A DNA stretch of 64,000 nt from Chloroflexota bacterium (GTDB lineage: Bacteria; Chloroflexota; Dehalococcoidia; SM23-28-2; RBG-16-64-32), in contig JAJCYV010000022.1 of assembly GCA_029262695.1 (NCBI GenBank), positions 49,787 through 113,786 on the forward strand, in the 5' to 3' direction. This document shows, piece by piece, positions 19,749-28,135 of the stretch. Each line of letters starts with the position of its first letter. Within the stretch, counting starts at the first letter, position 1. Made by a program: the position numbers and the translations under genes. Below the pieces are notes generated by a model. That model was not told where the DNA came from. It saw only the letters and a list, made by a program, of their open reading frames with translations, and ran no database searches.

Positions 19749-20216
19749 TCAGTCGGAGCCCTCCTGCCCGATAGCCTCCAGGAACGCGAACAGTCGTTCG
19801 GCTTCTTCGTCACTAAGGGTCTCTTCAACAAATGCAGGCATCCCTTTCGGGCCCTTACGCACTTCCTGCAAGAACTCCGAGAGATTGAAGTCGGACGCAT
19901 CAATGTCTCCACCCACCGTCGCGCCCTGGCCCGTCAGGCCGTGGCAGCTCGCGCAGTTGTTTGCGAAGAACAGGATTCGCCCGTCGGTGAGGGGGTCGCC
20001 GGTCGTATGGTCCGGATCAGCGAGGGATAGGCCTTCGAATGATGCGGGCTCGCCAAGCGTGGCGAGTTCGGTCCGGTCGTAGCCCTCGGGTTCGAGGTTG
20101 TGGTGCGTATACGGGCTGCGGGCGATAATCACGCCGATGAGCGTGAACGCGAGGGCACTCATCACGATGGCGCCCATGATTGGGCCCGGCGGCACCGAGC
20201 GTCTAACGACACGCAT
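19749..20216 (-). CDS. Membrane-anchored mono-heme class I c-type cytochrome
   Basis: N-terminal TM helix, a single CASCH heme-binding site, and a downstream GMPAF Met-ligand region. The start codon overlaps the upstream stop. Confidence 0.75.
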   Translation of the reverse strand: MRVVRRSVPPGPIMGAIVMSALAFTLIGVIIARSPYTHHNLEPEGYDRTELATLGEPASFEGLSLADPDHTTGDPLTDGRILFFANNCASCHGLTGQGATVGGDIDASDFNLSEFLQEVRKGPKGMPAFVEETLSDEEAERLFAFLEAIGQEGSD

Positions 20217-21766
20217 CAGTCATCGTCCTCCAGGTGGCCTGGCTCCGAGAGCCTGTCGTCTCTGTCCAGCGAACCGCTCTCTGAGAGCCTGTCGTCCCTA
20301 TCCAGGATGCCGGCGCCAGAGAGCCTCGCTTCTTCGTCCAACCGGCCGGGGCCGCGGAAGTCAACCCTATCAGCCTCCTCGGGGACACCGGTCGCGCGCG
20401 CGATGGCGATGACGCGGACGGCGATAGTGATCAAGACCACCCACACAGTCGTTGCCACGGCGATGATGATCCAGACGCCAAGCCCCGGGATGTCGACTCC
20501 CGCCTCTGACCGGTATATCTGACCCCCTTCCGCAACCACCAGGGACTGCGAAGCGGCGACCGGCTCAGCCGCTTCCGGCAGCAGATACTCGATCACGAGG
20601 TCCTGATCGCCGGCGCGACGTGGCACGAAGTCCATCTCTGCCCGGCCGTCGTCGTCCGTAGTCGCGGCCGCCACCTCGACCATCCCGGTGACGCCCGCGA
20701 AGGTCACCTCACGGAGGATCCGCACTTGCACGCCGGCAACCGGTGACCCGTCCGTCGTGGACGTGAGCGTCACTAGGACGTCTGCCAGATCACCCACGCG
20801 TGGATCGGCCGATACGGTGATCTCTGCTTTCCCGTCAGAGTCACCGCCCGCGGGTGGCGCTATGGTGGGCGTGGGCGAGGTCGCGCCTCCCGGAGTGGGA
20901 GTCGCCGCCGGTGGCTGGGTGGCATCAGGGCCCGGTATCAGCACTTCGATCCAGCCCTCGCCGGCGCTGGTGAGATGTCCTGCGTCAGACCACCCGATGG
21001 CACTCTCGTCGGCGTCGAAGTAAGCGAGGGCGAGGAAGGCGGAGGTATTCTGTGCGAACTGGGCGTCCTCAGGATCGCCGGTCTGCAGCGGACGCGACAG
21101 CTCGAAGATCCAGGCGCCGTCGGCACCGGCACCACCGGCGCGGCCAGTGTGGTCCCAGGCGCCGGTCAGGCTGTTCTCAGCGTTCGGGTTCGCGTCGGGG
21201 CCGCCGCCATCGTCATCGCGTTCCTCAGGTTCGGTACTGAACTCGTCGTCCAGGTTGCAGTCGGGGTCATCGCCGCTGCCAGGGGCGCCTCCTCCGGCGC
21301 TTTCACCGGGGCCGCAGTCGAGTTCCCAGTGCCAGAGGTCAACCATGCCCAGGCTCTGCTCGAAGTCCTGGTCGCCTGAACCCATGTGCGGGCCCGCTGC
21401 CTGCTCGATCCGGAACATGGCGTTGGGCGAGCCCGAGAGTTTGCCGTCGTTGGGATCATAGTCGTAGTCGTCGAAGACTTTGATCAGAAAGTAGATGCGT
21501 TCGCTGTCCGCGGCGGCCTTTACCTCTGCTTGAACCGCGTCCAGGGAATCGTATTCCCAGTCGGAGCCCTGCGGTATCTCGAACTGGGCGAGCGTCAGCG
21601 TCAGACCGTCGATCCCGGCCCAGTCGGAGTCGTCCCCATCGACCGTAATGGTCGCGGCGGCCGCCGGGAGCGAGAGGTCGGCGCGAGCCGGGTCTGCTTC
21701 AGCGCCGAGTGACAGCACGACCGCGGCCAGAGCGACGGCCAGCAGGGAGATGCCCCAGGAGCGCAT
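20216..21766 (-). CDS. Secreted DOMON/EB_dh-like protein, paralog 3. It adds an Ig-like/CarboxypepD_reg-like domain, a TM helix and a repetitive acidic cytoplasmic tail.
   Basis: Signal peptide, the same PHMG / MVDLWHWELDC / PDCNLDDE / GHLTSAGEGWIEV blocks, a beta-sandwich-like segment (VRILREVTFAGVTGMVEVAAATTDDDGRAEM), a TM helix (VWIIIAVATTVWVVLITIAV), and a tail with repeated DRDDRLSE units. ATGA overlap with the NrfD stop. Confidence 0.55.
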   Translation of the reverse strand: MRSWGISLLAVALAAVVLSLGAEADPARADLSLPAAAATITVDGDDSDWAGIDGLTLTLAQFEIPQGSDWEYDSLDAVQAEVKAAADSERIYFLIKVFDDYDYDPNDGKLSGSPNAMFRIEQAAGPHMGSGDQDFEQSLGMVDLWHWELDCGPGESAGGGAPGSGDDPDCNLDDEFSTEPEERDDDGGGPDANPNAENSLTGAWDHTGRAGGAGADGAWIFELSRPLQTGDPEDAQFAQNTSAFLALAYFDADESAIGWSDAGHLTSAGEGWIEVLIPGPDATQPPAATPTPGGATSPTPTIAPPAGGDSDGKAEITVSADPRVGDLADVLVTLTSTTDGSPVAGVQVRILREVTFAGVTGMVEVAAATTDDDGRAEMDFVPRRAGDQDLVIEYLLPEAAEPVAASQSLVVAEGGQIYRSEAGVDIPGLGVWIIIAVATTVWVVLITIAVRVIAIARATGVPEEADRVDFRGPGRLDEEARLSGAGILDRDDRLSESGSLDRDDRLSEPGHLEDDD

Positions 21767-23127
21767 CAGTTCGCACCTCCGGCTGGCTCAGCAGCGGCGC
21801 CGGGCGGGGGCGCGGGAGCGGCAGACGCCAGAGATAGCTCGTAGTCCTCCTCAACCTCCCAGTGCGCCATGATGGGGAAGATCTTGACGAATATCGAGAT
21901 GAGTAACGCGAAGAGGGCGAACCCGGCCGCCATGATGGAGAACTCCACCCAGCTCGGACTGTAGCTGGAGGGTTCGTAGGGCATGAGCGGCACGCGCAGG
22001 CCGGTGACGACGATGAAGTAGCGCTCGACCCACATCCCGGCGTCAACGAAGACGGCCGCAACGAGAATGCCCCAGAAGTTCCGTGTCCACGGTAAAAGAA
22101 TGATGAGCCCCGGCAGGACAAGACCGCCGAGCATATAGAACCAGTAGAAACCGGCGTACTCCTCCCTGAACAGCTGGTTGAAGTGAAACTCCACGCCCTC
22201 TTCCAGCTTGTAGCCGGTCGTCAGGAACTCCGAGATATTGGCGTAGATCATGATCAGAGCGAAGGCTCCCATCATGTAGCCCAGGTAGATGAAGTGCTTC
22301 TCGTGGATGTACTCCTCCAGGTGGTAAATCTTGCGGAGGATCGCCATGACGATAATCAGCGTGGCGATGCCGGAGAAGATCGCCCCTGCCACGAAGAAGG
22401 CGCCGAAGATCGTGCTGTTCCACGGCTCTCGCAGCGTCATGCCGAAGATCCACGAGACGACGGTGTGGACGGAGACGGCGATCGGCAGGATCAGGAGCAT
22501 GGCCACGGTCATGGCGGAGCCCAGGTTCCGCTTCTGAGCGGCGTTGCCCACCCATCCGACTGCGAGGATGCTGTAGAGCCGGAGACGCCAGGCCGAAACG
22601 CGCCCGGCCAGCCTGTCACGGAGAAACGCCATGTCGGGGATCATCGGCAGGAACAGATAGGCGATGCTCCCCGTCAGGTAGGTCGTTACGGCCAGCACGT
22701 CCCAGACGATCGGTGACTGCCAGCGGCCGTAGAGGATGATGTTGAAGAGGCGATCCACCCGGCCCATGTCCACGATGACGAAGATGGCGCCGCACGAGAG
22801 CGCGACCACCGTAATGAATTCCGCCAGGCGGGTTATCGGCGTCCGCCAACGCGCTTGAGTTATGCGCAGTATGGCCGAAATCAACGTGCCGGCGTGACTG
22901 ATGCCGATGAAGAAGACGAACGTGGAGATGTAAAGGCCCCAGGAGATGCGATCGCGCATGTCGGTGACGATGAGGCCATCGTTGAGCTGCCCGTAGAAAG
23001 CGTATACACCCCAGCCGATCACCACCAGGAGAAAGGCGATCCACAGATAGTAGATTCGGCTGGTGTTGAGGAGCGGAGCCGTGATCGTGTGCTCCAGCCG
23101 CTGGCGCCAGGAGCTCATCTCCTCCAC
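21766..23127 (-). CDS. NrfD/PsrC-family polytopic membrane subunit (quinone-interacting)
   Basis: 453 aa with about 10 predicted TM helices and NrfD-like composition. It is translationally coupled to the FeS subunit upstream and the DOMON-like gene downstream. Confidence 0.6.
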   Translation of the reverse strand: MEEMSSWRQRLEHTITAPLLNTSRIYYLWIAFLLVVIGWGVYAFYGQLNDGLIVTDMRDRISWGLYISTFVFFIGISHAGTLISAILRITQARWRTPITRLAEFITVVALSCGAIFVIVDMGRVDRLFNIILYGRWQSPIVWDVLAVTTYLTGSIAYLFLPMIPDMAFLRDRLAGRVSAWRLRLYSILAVGWVGNAAQKRNLGSAMTVAMLLILPIAVSVHTVVSWIFGMTLREPWNSTIFGAFFVAGAIFSGIATLIIVMAILRKIYHLEEYIHEKHFIYLGYMMGAFALIMIYANISEFLTTGYKLEEGVEFHFNQLFREEYAGFYWFYMLGGLVLPGLIILLPWTRNFWGILVAAVFVDAGMWVERYFIVVTGLRVPLMPYEPSSYSPSWVEFSIMAAGFALFALLISIFVKIFPIMAHWEVEEDYELSLASAAPAPPPGAAAEPAGGAN

Positions 23128-24110
23128 GTCTTCGCCCCCTTAACCCGCTCGACCCACGGCCACTCGGTGGGCAAGCGCCCCTCGTCCGCTGTGTCGCGGC
23201 CGACGGCTTCCCCGTGGCCAGGGATGTAGTACACGCGTGGCTTCGTGCCCTTGTCTTCCTTCAGGCGGTAGGCCTGATTCTCGGAGAGGAACCGGGACGC
23301 GGCGACTATCTCCTTGCCGTTCGTGGCGACGTCGTCCTCAAGGTCTCCGTAGTAGATGGCGTCGTTGGGGCAGGCTTGAATGCAGAACGGCAGCGTCCCC
23401 GCACGGACCATGTCCGGGCAGAAGTCGCACTTCATGACAGTGCCCTTCTTTGCAGGCACCTGGTGCTCAGGCGAGTAGTCGGCGAGCAGCGCCTCCGGCG
23501 GGACCGGCGGGTCACCCCAGTTGAAGAAGCGTCGGTCGTAGGGGCAGGCCGCCATGCAGATCCGGCAACCGATGCAGCGGTCCTGGTCGATGAGCACCGT
23601 CCCCTCGGGCGTCGAGAACGTGGCCGCCACGGGGCAGACGTTGACGCACGGCGGGTTCTGGCACTGCTGGCACGGCGTGGGGATGAACTGAGTGCCGCCT
23701 CCCGGCAACTCGTGCTCAAAGATCTGAATCCACTCCATGGGCTCGGGCGCGAAGTGACCTTCGACGCAGGCGGTCGTGCACTGGGGCGGCGTGCCCTGGC
23801 TCTGGCAGCCGTCGCAGGAGCGGAGGTCGATGATCATCGTCCACTGCCGGATGCGGCCGCCGGGCCCCTTGGCAGGCTCTCCTTGCGATTCCACGACGCG
23901 TCCGGCGTCTGACGCCTTCTGCAGGACCGGGGGCAGGAGGATTAGGGGCGCAGCGCCTGCCGCGGCCATGCCGAAGAGTCTCAGCACGCCGCGCCGGCTT
24001 ACCTTCGGCGGCTGGGTCGGCTCCCCGGGCCTGTCGTCTCGGTCGCTTGCGCCTGAGCCGCCATCGTTCTTGCCCATCATCTTCTTCTCCACCTTTAGCT
24101 CACGCTTCAC
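23115..24110 (-). CDS. Tat-exported 4x[4Fe-4S] ferredoxin-type subunit (PsrB/NrfC/DmsB-like). Alternative starts lie at 24080 and 24077.
   Basis: Twin-arginine signal SRRGVLRLFGMAAAGAAP. Four Cys clusters (CDGC...C, CQQCQNPPCVNVCP, CIGCRICMAACP, CDFC...CIQACP). Confidence 0.75.
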   Translation of the reverse strand: MKRELKVEKKMMGKNDGGSGASDRDDRPGEPTQPPKVSRRGVLRLFGMAAAGAAPLILLPPVLQKASDAGRVVESQGEPAKGPGGRIRQWTMIIDLRSCDGCQSQGTPPQCTTACVEGHFAPEPMEWIQIFEHELPGGGTQFIPTPCQQCQNPPCVNVCPVAATFSTPEGTVLIDQDRCIGCRICMAACPYDRRFFNWGDPPVPPEALLADYSPEHQVPAKKGTVMKCDFCPDMVRAGTLPFCIQACPNDAIYYGDLEDDVATNGKEIVAASRFLSENQAYRLKEDKGTKPRVYYIPGHGEAVGRDTADEGRLPTEWPWVERVKGAKTWRR

Positions 24111-24303
24111 AAAGAAGCGCCTTTAGTCCGCTCTCACTATGCTCACCGGGCAGAACCTGGGGCATCGGTCGATCAGGCAGACCGGGAACCTCCGCTTTGC
24201 GCGGAATGCGTAGGCCAGAATGCGGAGGAAATTCCCCGCGCTGATTAGGCGGATCACGCGCCGGGCGGGACGAGGCCTGAGATACGTTTGAACCCGGCCT
24301 GAA

Positions 24304-24331
24304 GAAGGAGATTAGCTATAATGTCCACACA
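24304..24331 (+). promoter_or_regulatory. Divergent promoter region with a TATAAT box at 24317-24322, a GAAGAAGGAG RBS, and an 18-codon W-rich uORF beginning at ATG 24321
   Basis: TATAAT hexamer read directly from the sequence. The uORF encodes MSTQWQIRNRWWGQFASS and overlaps the response-regulator start. Two AATGCG direct repeats lie about 60 bp further upstream. Confidence 0.3.
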
Positions 24332-25030
24332 GTGGCAGATAAGAAACCGGTGGTGGGGACAATTCGCGTCATCATAGCGGAAGACCACGCCGTCGTGCGT
24401 GAAGGCACGCGCGAGCTCCTCGAACGAGAGAAGGACATCGAAGTCATCGGCGAGGCAGCTGACGGTGCCGAAGCCGTAGCGCTGGTCGATAAGCTCCGTC
24501 CGGACGTCGCCATCGTCGACATCTCTATGCCCGGCATGGGTGGCATAGAAGCGACGCAGAAGATTAAGGCGCTGCGCCCCTCGACAGCCGTGTTGATTCT
24601 CACCGCTTACGATGATGACCAGTACGTATTCGCGCTCCTTGGTGCCGGCGCCGCAGGGTACCTCCTTAAGGACGTGCCGTCTGCAGAGGTCGTGCGGGCC
24701 GTCAGGGCTGTGCATGCCGGGGAGCCGGTGCTCCATCCGGCCATAGCGAAGAAGGTCCTCGCCAAGATCGCGTCGGAAGCGACGAACGACGAGCCTCCCC
24801 CGCAGGCATCCAGGACGGTACTTACGGACCGCGAGCGCAACGTTCTGCGCCTGGCCGCCTGCGGAATGAGCAACGCCAGCATCGCAAGCCGGCTAAGCAT
24901 CAGCCTGCGTACTGTCCAATCACACCTGTCTCACACATTCGACAAGCTGGGGGTCGGTTCCAGAACCGAGGCCGTAATAGTCGGTCTTCGTCGCGGATTC
25001 CTCGAACTCGGTGATCTGGATGAAAGCTGA
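24332..25030 (+). CDS. NarL/LuxR-family response regulator
   Basis: REC domain (IRVIIAEDH...VAIVDISMPGMGG) plus a C-terminal LuxR HTH (RERNVLRLAACGMSNASIASRLSISLRTVQSH). GTG start. GTG 24350 is an alternative start. Confidence 0.85.
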   Translation: MADKKPVVGTIRVIIAEDHAVVREGTRELLEREKDIEVIGEAADGAEAVALVDKLRPDVAIVDISMPGMGGIEATQKIKALRPSTAVLILTAYDDDQYVFALLGAGAAGYLLKDVPSAEVVRAVRAVHAGEPVLHPAIAKKVLAKIASEATNDEPPPQASRTVLTDRERNVLRLAACGMSNASIASRLSISLRTVQSHLSHTFDKLGVGSRTEAVIVGLRRGFLELGDLDES

Positions 25031-26570
25031 AGCGAGGACAGCACCGGCAACCCGGCCGTCGCCGACAGCACGCGGTCTGTGGCTCCGGATTTCCAGACCC
25101 TTCCGCGCATTACCCCAGAGGATCCGAGAGCCGCGCTTCTGGCAGGTTCAGGCGCTGGTCGTGCTGGCCACCGCACCCCACTACATCATCGAGTCCAGCG
25201 AAGACTTTGCCAGGTTCGAGAGCTGGGGGCTTCACAGTCTGGCTATCAGCCTGTATATCCTTCCGCTCCTGTATGCGGCACTGAACTACAGATGGGAGGG
25301 GGCTCTTCTGACCGGCCTGTGGGCCGCCGCGCTCGTGTCTCCCAGCATCTGGTACTGGGACCGCGGCGAATCACACTATCTGACCGAGATAGGGCAGTTG
25401 TTGGTCACACTTCCAATCGGCCTGCTCGTAGCGTGGCGCGTCGACATTGAGGCAAGGCAACGGCGCCGGGCCGAACAGACCAGCGCCAGCTTGAGCCTAC
25501 TGAACCAGACTGGTGAGGCGCTCAGCCACACTCTGGAAGCAGAAGAACAGGTGCCTCTGGTCCTGCGCAAGCTGCTTTCGGATCTCCCCCTCGATTCCAC
25601 CTGGCTCTGCCTGGCGTCCGATTCCCAGGGCGAGCTGCGGGTCATTGCCGAACTCTCCGATGAAGGCGGCCGCGTGCCCGCGGGAATGCCGCAGGAGCGA
25701 CACGGGCGCATCGAAGACGCGCTGGCGACTCAGGTCGAGGAGGGATACGTAACGGTACCACTGCTCACGAAGGATGGGCTAGTCGGTTCTCTCGGAGCGG
25801 CCATGTCCGGTGGGGAAGACCCTACGGACGAACAGATTGAGGTGCTGACAACTGTCGCGCGGCAACTCTGCGCGGCCGTCGTCAACGCACGCCTTTACCG
25901 TGAAAGACAGGAGAGCCTGCAGTCCTACGTCAGGCACGTAACGGAGGCGCAGGAGGAAGAGCGTCTGCGCATCGCCCGGGAGCTTCACGACGAGACCGCC
26001 CAGGAGCTGATCCAACTCGTGCGCGGCCTGGAGCAGATCGACGATGGTTCCGACGACACGAGAGCGCAAGGCGTTGACGATCTAATCAAGGCAACACGAG
26101 AGACGATTCGATCGGTGCGGCGCTTCAGCCGTGACCTCAGGCCATCGGTGCTCGACGATCTCGGCCTGCTGGCCGCGATCGAGGTGATTGTGGAGGATAC
26201 CGATTCGAGACTTCCCGGGGGCGCCACGCTGCGCGTGAGTGGAAAGGCAGAGCGGGTAGCGGAGGCAGTTGAGCTGGCGTTGTTCCGCATCGCTCAGGAA
26301 TCCCTGAGAAACGTTGAGAAGCACGCCGGGGCGACGTCCGCAGCGGTCGCGCTCGACTTTGAGCCCGGCGCCATCAAACTTTCGATCTCCGATGATGGCG
26401 ATGGCTTCAACGTCTCGAACGTCTCCGATCTGGCCCGTGCTGGAAAGCTCGGACTGGTGGGCATGAAAGAGCGCTGTGAGCTGGTGGGTGGCTCGTTTGA
26501 CGTATATTCGAACCCTAAAAAGGGCACCCGCATCGTGGTCACAGTCGGCGGCAGCCAGCGAGACCTCTAG
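25011..26570 (+). CDS. Membrane sensor histidine kinase with GAF and HisKA_3/HATPase domains (NarX/DegS type)
   Basis: N-terminal TM helices, a GAF-like region, the H-box ELHDETAQELIQL (HisKA_3), and an HATPase (GLVGMKERCELVGG). It overlaps the response-regulator gene's 3' end. Confidence 0.8.
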   Translation: MIWMKAEARTAPATRPSPTARGLWLRISRPFRALPQRIREPRFWQVQALVVLATAPHYIIESSEDFARFESWGLHSLAISLYILPLLYAALNYRWEGALLTGLWAAALVSPSIWYWDRGESHYLTEIGQLLVTLPIGLLVAWRVDIEARQRRRAEQTSASLSLLNQTGEALSHTLEAEEQVPLVLRKLLSDLPLDSTWLCLASDSQGELRVIAELSDEGGRVPAGMPQERHGRIEDALATQVEEGYVTVPLLTKDGLVGSLGAAMSGGEDPTDEQIEVLTTVARQLCAAVVNARLYRERQESLQSYVRHVTEAQEEERLRIARELHDETAQELIQLVRGLEQIDDGSDDTRAQGVDDLIKATRETIRSVRRFSRDLRPSVLDDLGLLAAIEVIVEDTDSRLPGGATLRVSGKAERVAEAVELALFRIAQESLRNVEKHAGATSAAVALDFEPGAIKLSISDDGDGFNVSNVSDLARAGKLGLVGMKERCELVGGSFDVYSNPKKGTRIVVTVGGSQRDL

Positions 26571-26582
26571 GTTTACGAGGGG

Positions 26583-27317
26583 CTACCACACCCGGATGAC
26601 GTCGGACTCATGAAAGATGGGCCCGACATCGAGGCCGAGAGTGGGGCCAGCGTAAAGGGACGGCGGAACGCTGATGTCCGCCAGGTAAAGCTCTCCCACG
26701 GCTGCCCGCGCCTCAACCTCTCGCAGGCCTTCCTTGGGGAGAGCCAGCGTCATCGTCGCCGTCGCGCGAACGGCAGGCTCGTGGACTGTGCCTGTTGTCG
26801 TGTCGACGCCACTCGGTACGTCAAGCGATAACACAGGAGCCGTCTGTGAGTTGGCGGCGCGGATCAGTGACGCCGTAACGCCTGAAGGAGCACCTCTGAG
26901 GCTGTAGCCGATTAGCGCGTCGACGACGAGATTGCTGTCGGGCAACTCGCCCCCGTCCGCTGCGATGTCAGCCTCGATACCCATTCTCTCGAGTATTGAG
27001 TGCTGATGCCGCGCGACCTCGCCGAGCCGTTGCGAGTCAGCCGTCATCAGTACGCGGACGCCGGCTCCCCAGTTGTGCAACCGACGCGCGCATACGAGGC
27101 CGCCACCGCCGTTTCCTCCGCTTCCGGCGAGTACGAGCACGCGCTGACCGCGCGGATCTCCGCCGAGAAACCGGCTTCGCGCAACGTCCGCGAGGCAGCG
27201 ACCGGCGTTCTCCATCATCTGCAGGAGCGATATCCTGTAGTCCTCGATCATGGCGCGATCCACCTCGCGCATCTGCTGCGTGGAGAGGAACGGTGGTTGG
27301 CTCCGGGCGGGCGGCAT
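26583..27317 (-). CDS. NAD(P)H-hydrate epimerase (YjeF N-terminal domain, Nnr)
   Basis: LVLAGSGGNGGGG glycine-rich motif typical of YjeF_N. 244 aa. Confidence 0.7.
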   Translation of the reverse strand: MPPARSQPPFLSTQQMREVDRAMIEDYRISLLQMMENAGRCLADVARSRFLGGDPRGQRVLVLAGSGGNGGGGLVCARRLHNWGAGVRVLMTADSQRLGEVARHQHSILERMGIEADIAADGGELPDSNLVVDALIGYSLRGAPSGVTASLIRAANSQTAPVLSLDVPSGVDTTTGTVHEPAVRATATMTLALPKEGLREVEARAAVGELYLADISVPPSLYAGPTLGLDVGPIFHESDVIRVW

Positions 27318-27377
27318 GCTGTGAACTCCCTTACGTCGACGTCCGAAGTTGCAGGCCGGCCAGAGCCATGCGGACTG

Positions 27378-28067
27378 CTATCCCTGGCCGGCGATCTCCC
27401 TGAGGACGCGCAGGATCTCGGCGGGCTCCATGCGGTACGTGTAGTCCGCGTTTACGTAGCGGCTCCGAATGACGCCCTGCTGATCGACCACGAAGGTTGC
27501 CGGCACTGGAATCCGCCAGCCCGTCTCCGGGTTGGCGTCCGGGAACCCGCCGAACATCTGGTAGCCGGGCTGGAGGTATTCGGGGATCGTGAACGCGATC
27601 TTGTACGCCTCCATGACGGACCCGTCGAGGTCGAACAGAAGGGGAATCGTCGCCTTCTGCTTGTCCATGAGCTTGAGGGCGTTGTCACGCGTCTCCGGGC
27701 CGATGAGGAATACCTTCGCGCCCAGCGCCTGGATCTCTTCGTAGGCTTGCTGCAGGACCTGCAGCTCAAGGTTGCAGTACGGTCACCAATGGCCGCGGTA
27801 GAAGGAGAGGACGGCAGGGCCTTCTTCAAGGACCGCAGATAGCTTAACGGTCGTTCCATCCTTGGCGTCCGCCAATTCGAAATCGGGCGCGCGGTCGCCG
27901 ACATCGACGGCTTTGGCTATGACGGTCGACTCAAGTTCCGCGAACATCCGCTGGTTGAGTTCGACGAGCGCAGGAAAGCGCTGTGTCGCTGCCTCACGCA
28001 GTCCGGCGAGCTGCGACTCTAGATCGGGAACGTCTGCCATGGCAACTACCTCTCCTTGATCCCACAT
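27378..28067 (-). CDS. Peroxiredoxin-like (Prx-like2, AhpC/TSA fold) thiol-disulfide oxidoreductase. It is a candidate selenoprotein with an in-frame TGA (Sec) at 27783-27785 that gives a UxxC motif.
   Basis: Track ORFs 27783..28067 and 27378..27668 are in the same frame and separated only by this TGA. The 38 intervening codons contain no stop. The joined read is ...AVLSFYRGHW-[TGA]-PYCNLELQVL..., and the TGA falls exactly where the first Cys of the thioredoxin-fold W-C-P-x-C motif sits. A stem-loop with a GCAGGUCCUGC core lies about 17 nt downstream on the mRNA. Confidence 0.6.
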
Positions 28068-28135
28068 TCCGTCGTGCGCCCCGCACCCTCGATCACGTTA
28101 TCACAGGCTCGTGCCGTCCGGCCCAGCCCGGAACT

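Noticed and set aside
24321-24377. 18-codon uORF MSTQWQIRNRWWGQFASS as a trp-type attenuator
   Set aside because: The downstream genes are a two-component system, not Trp biosynthesis, and no terminator/antiterminator pair follows. It is kept only as a low-confidence regulatory note.
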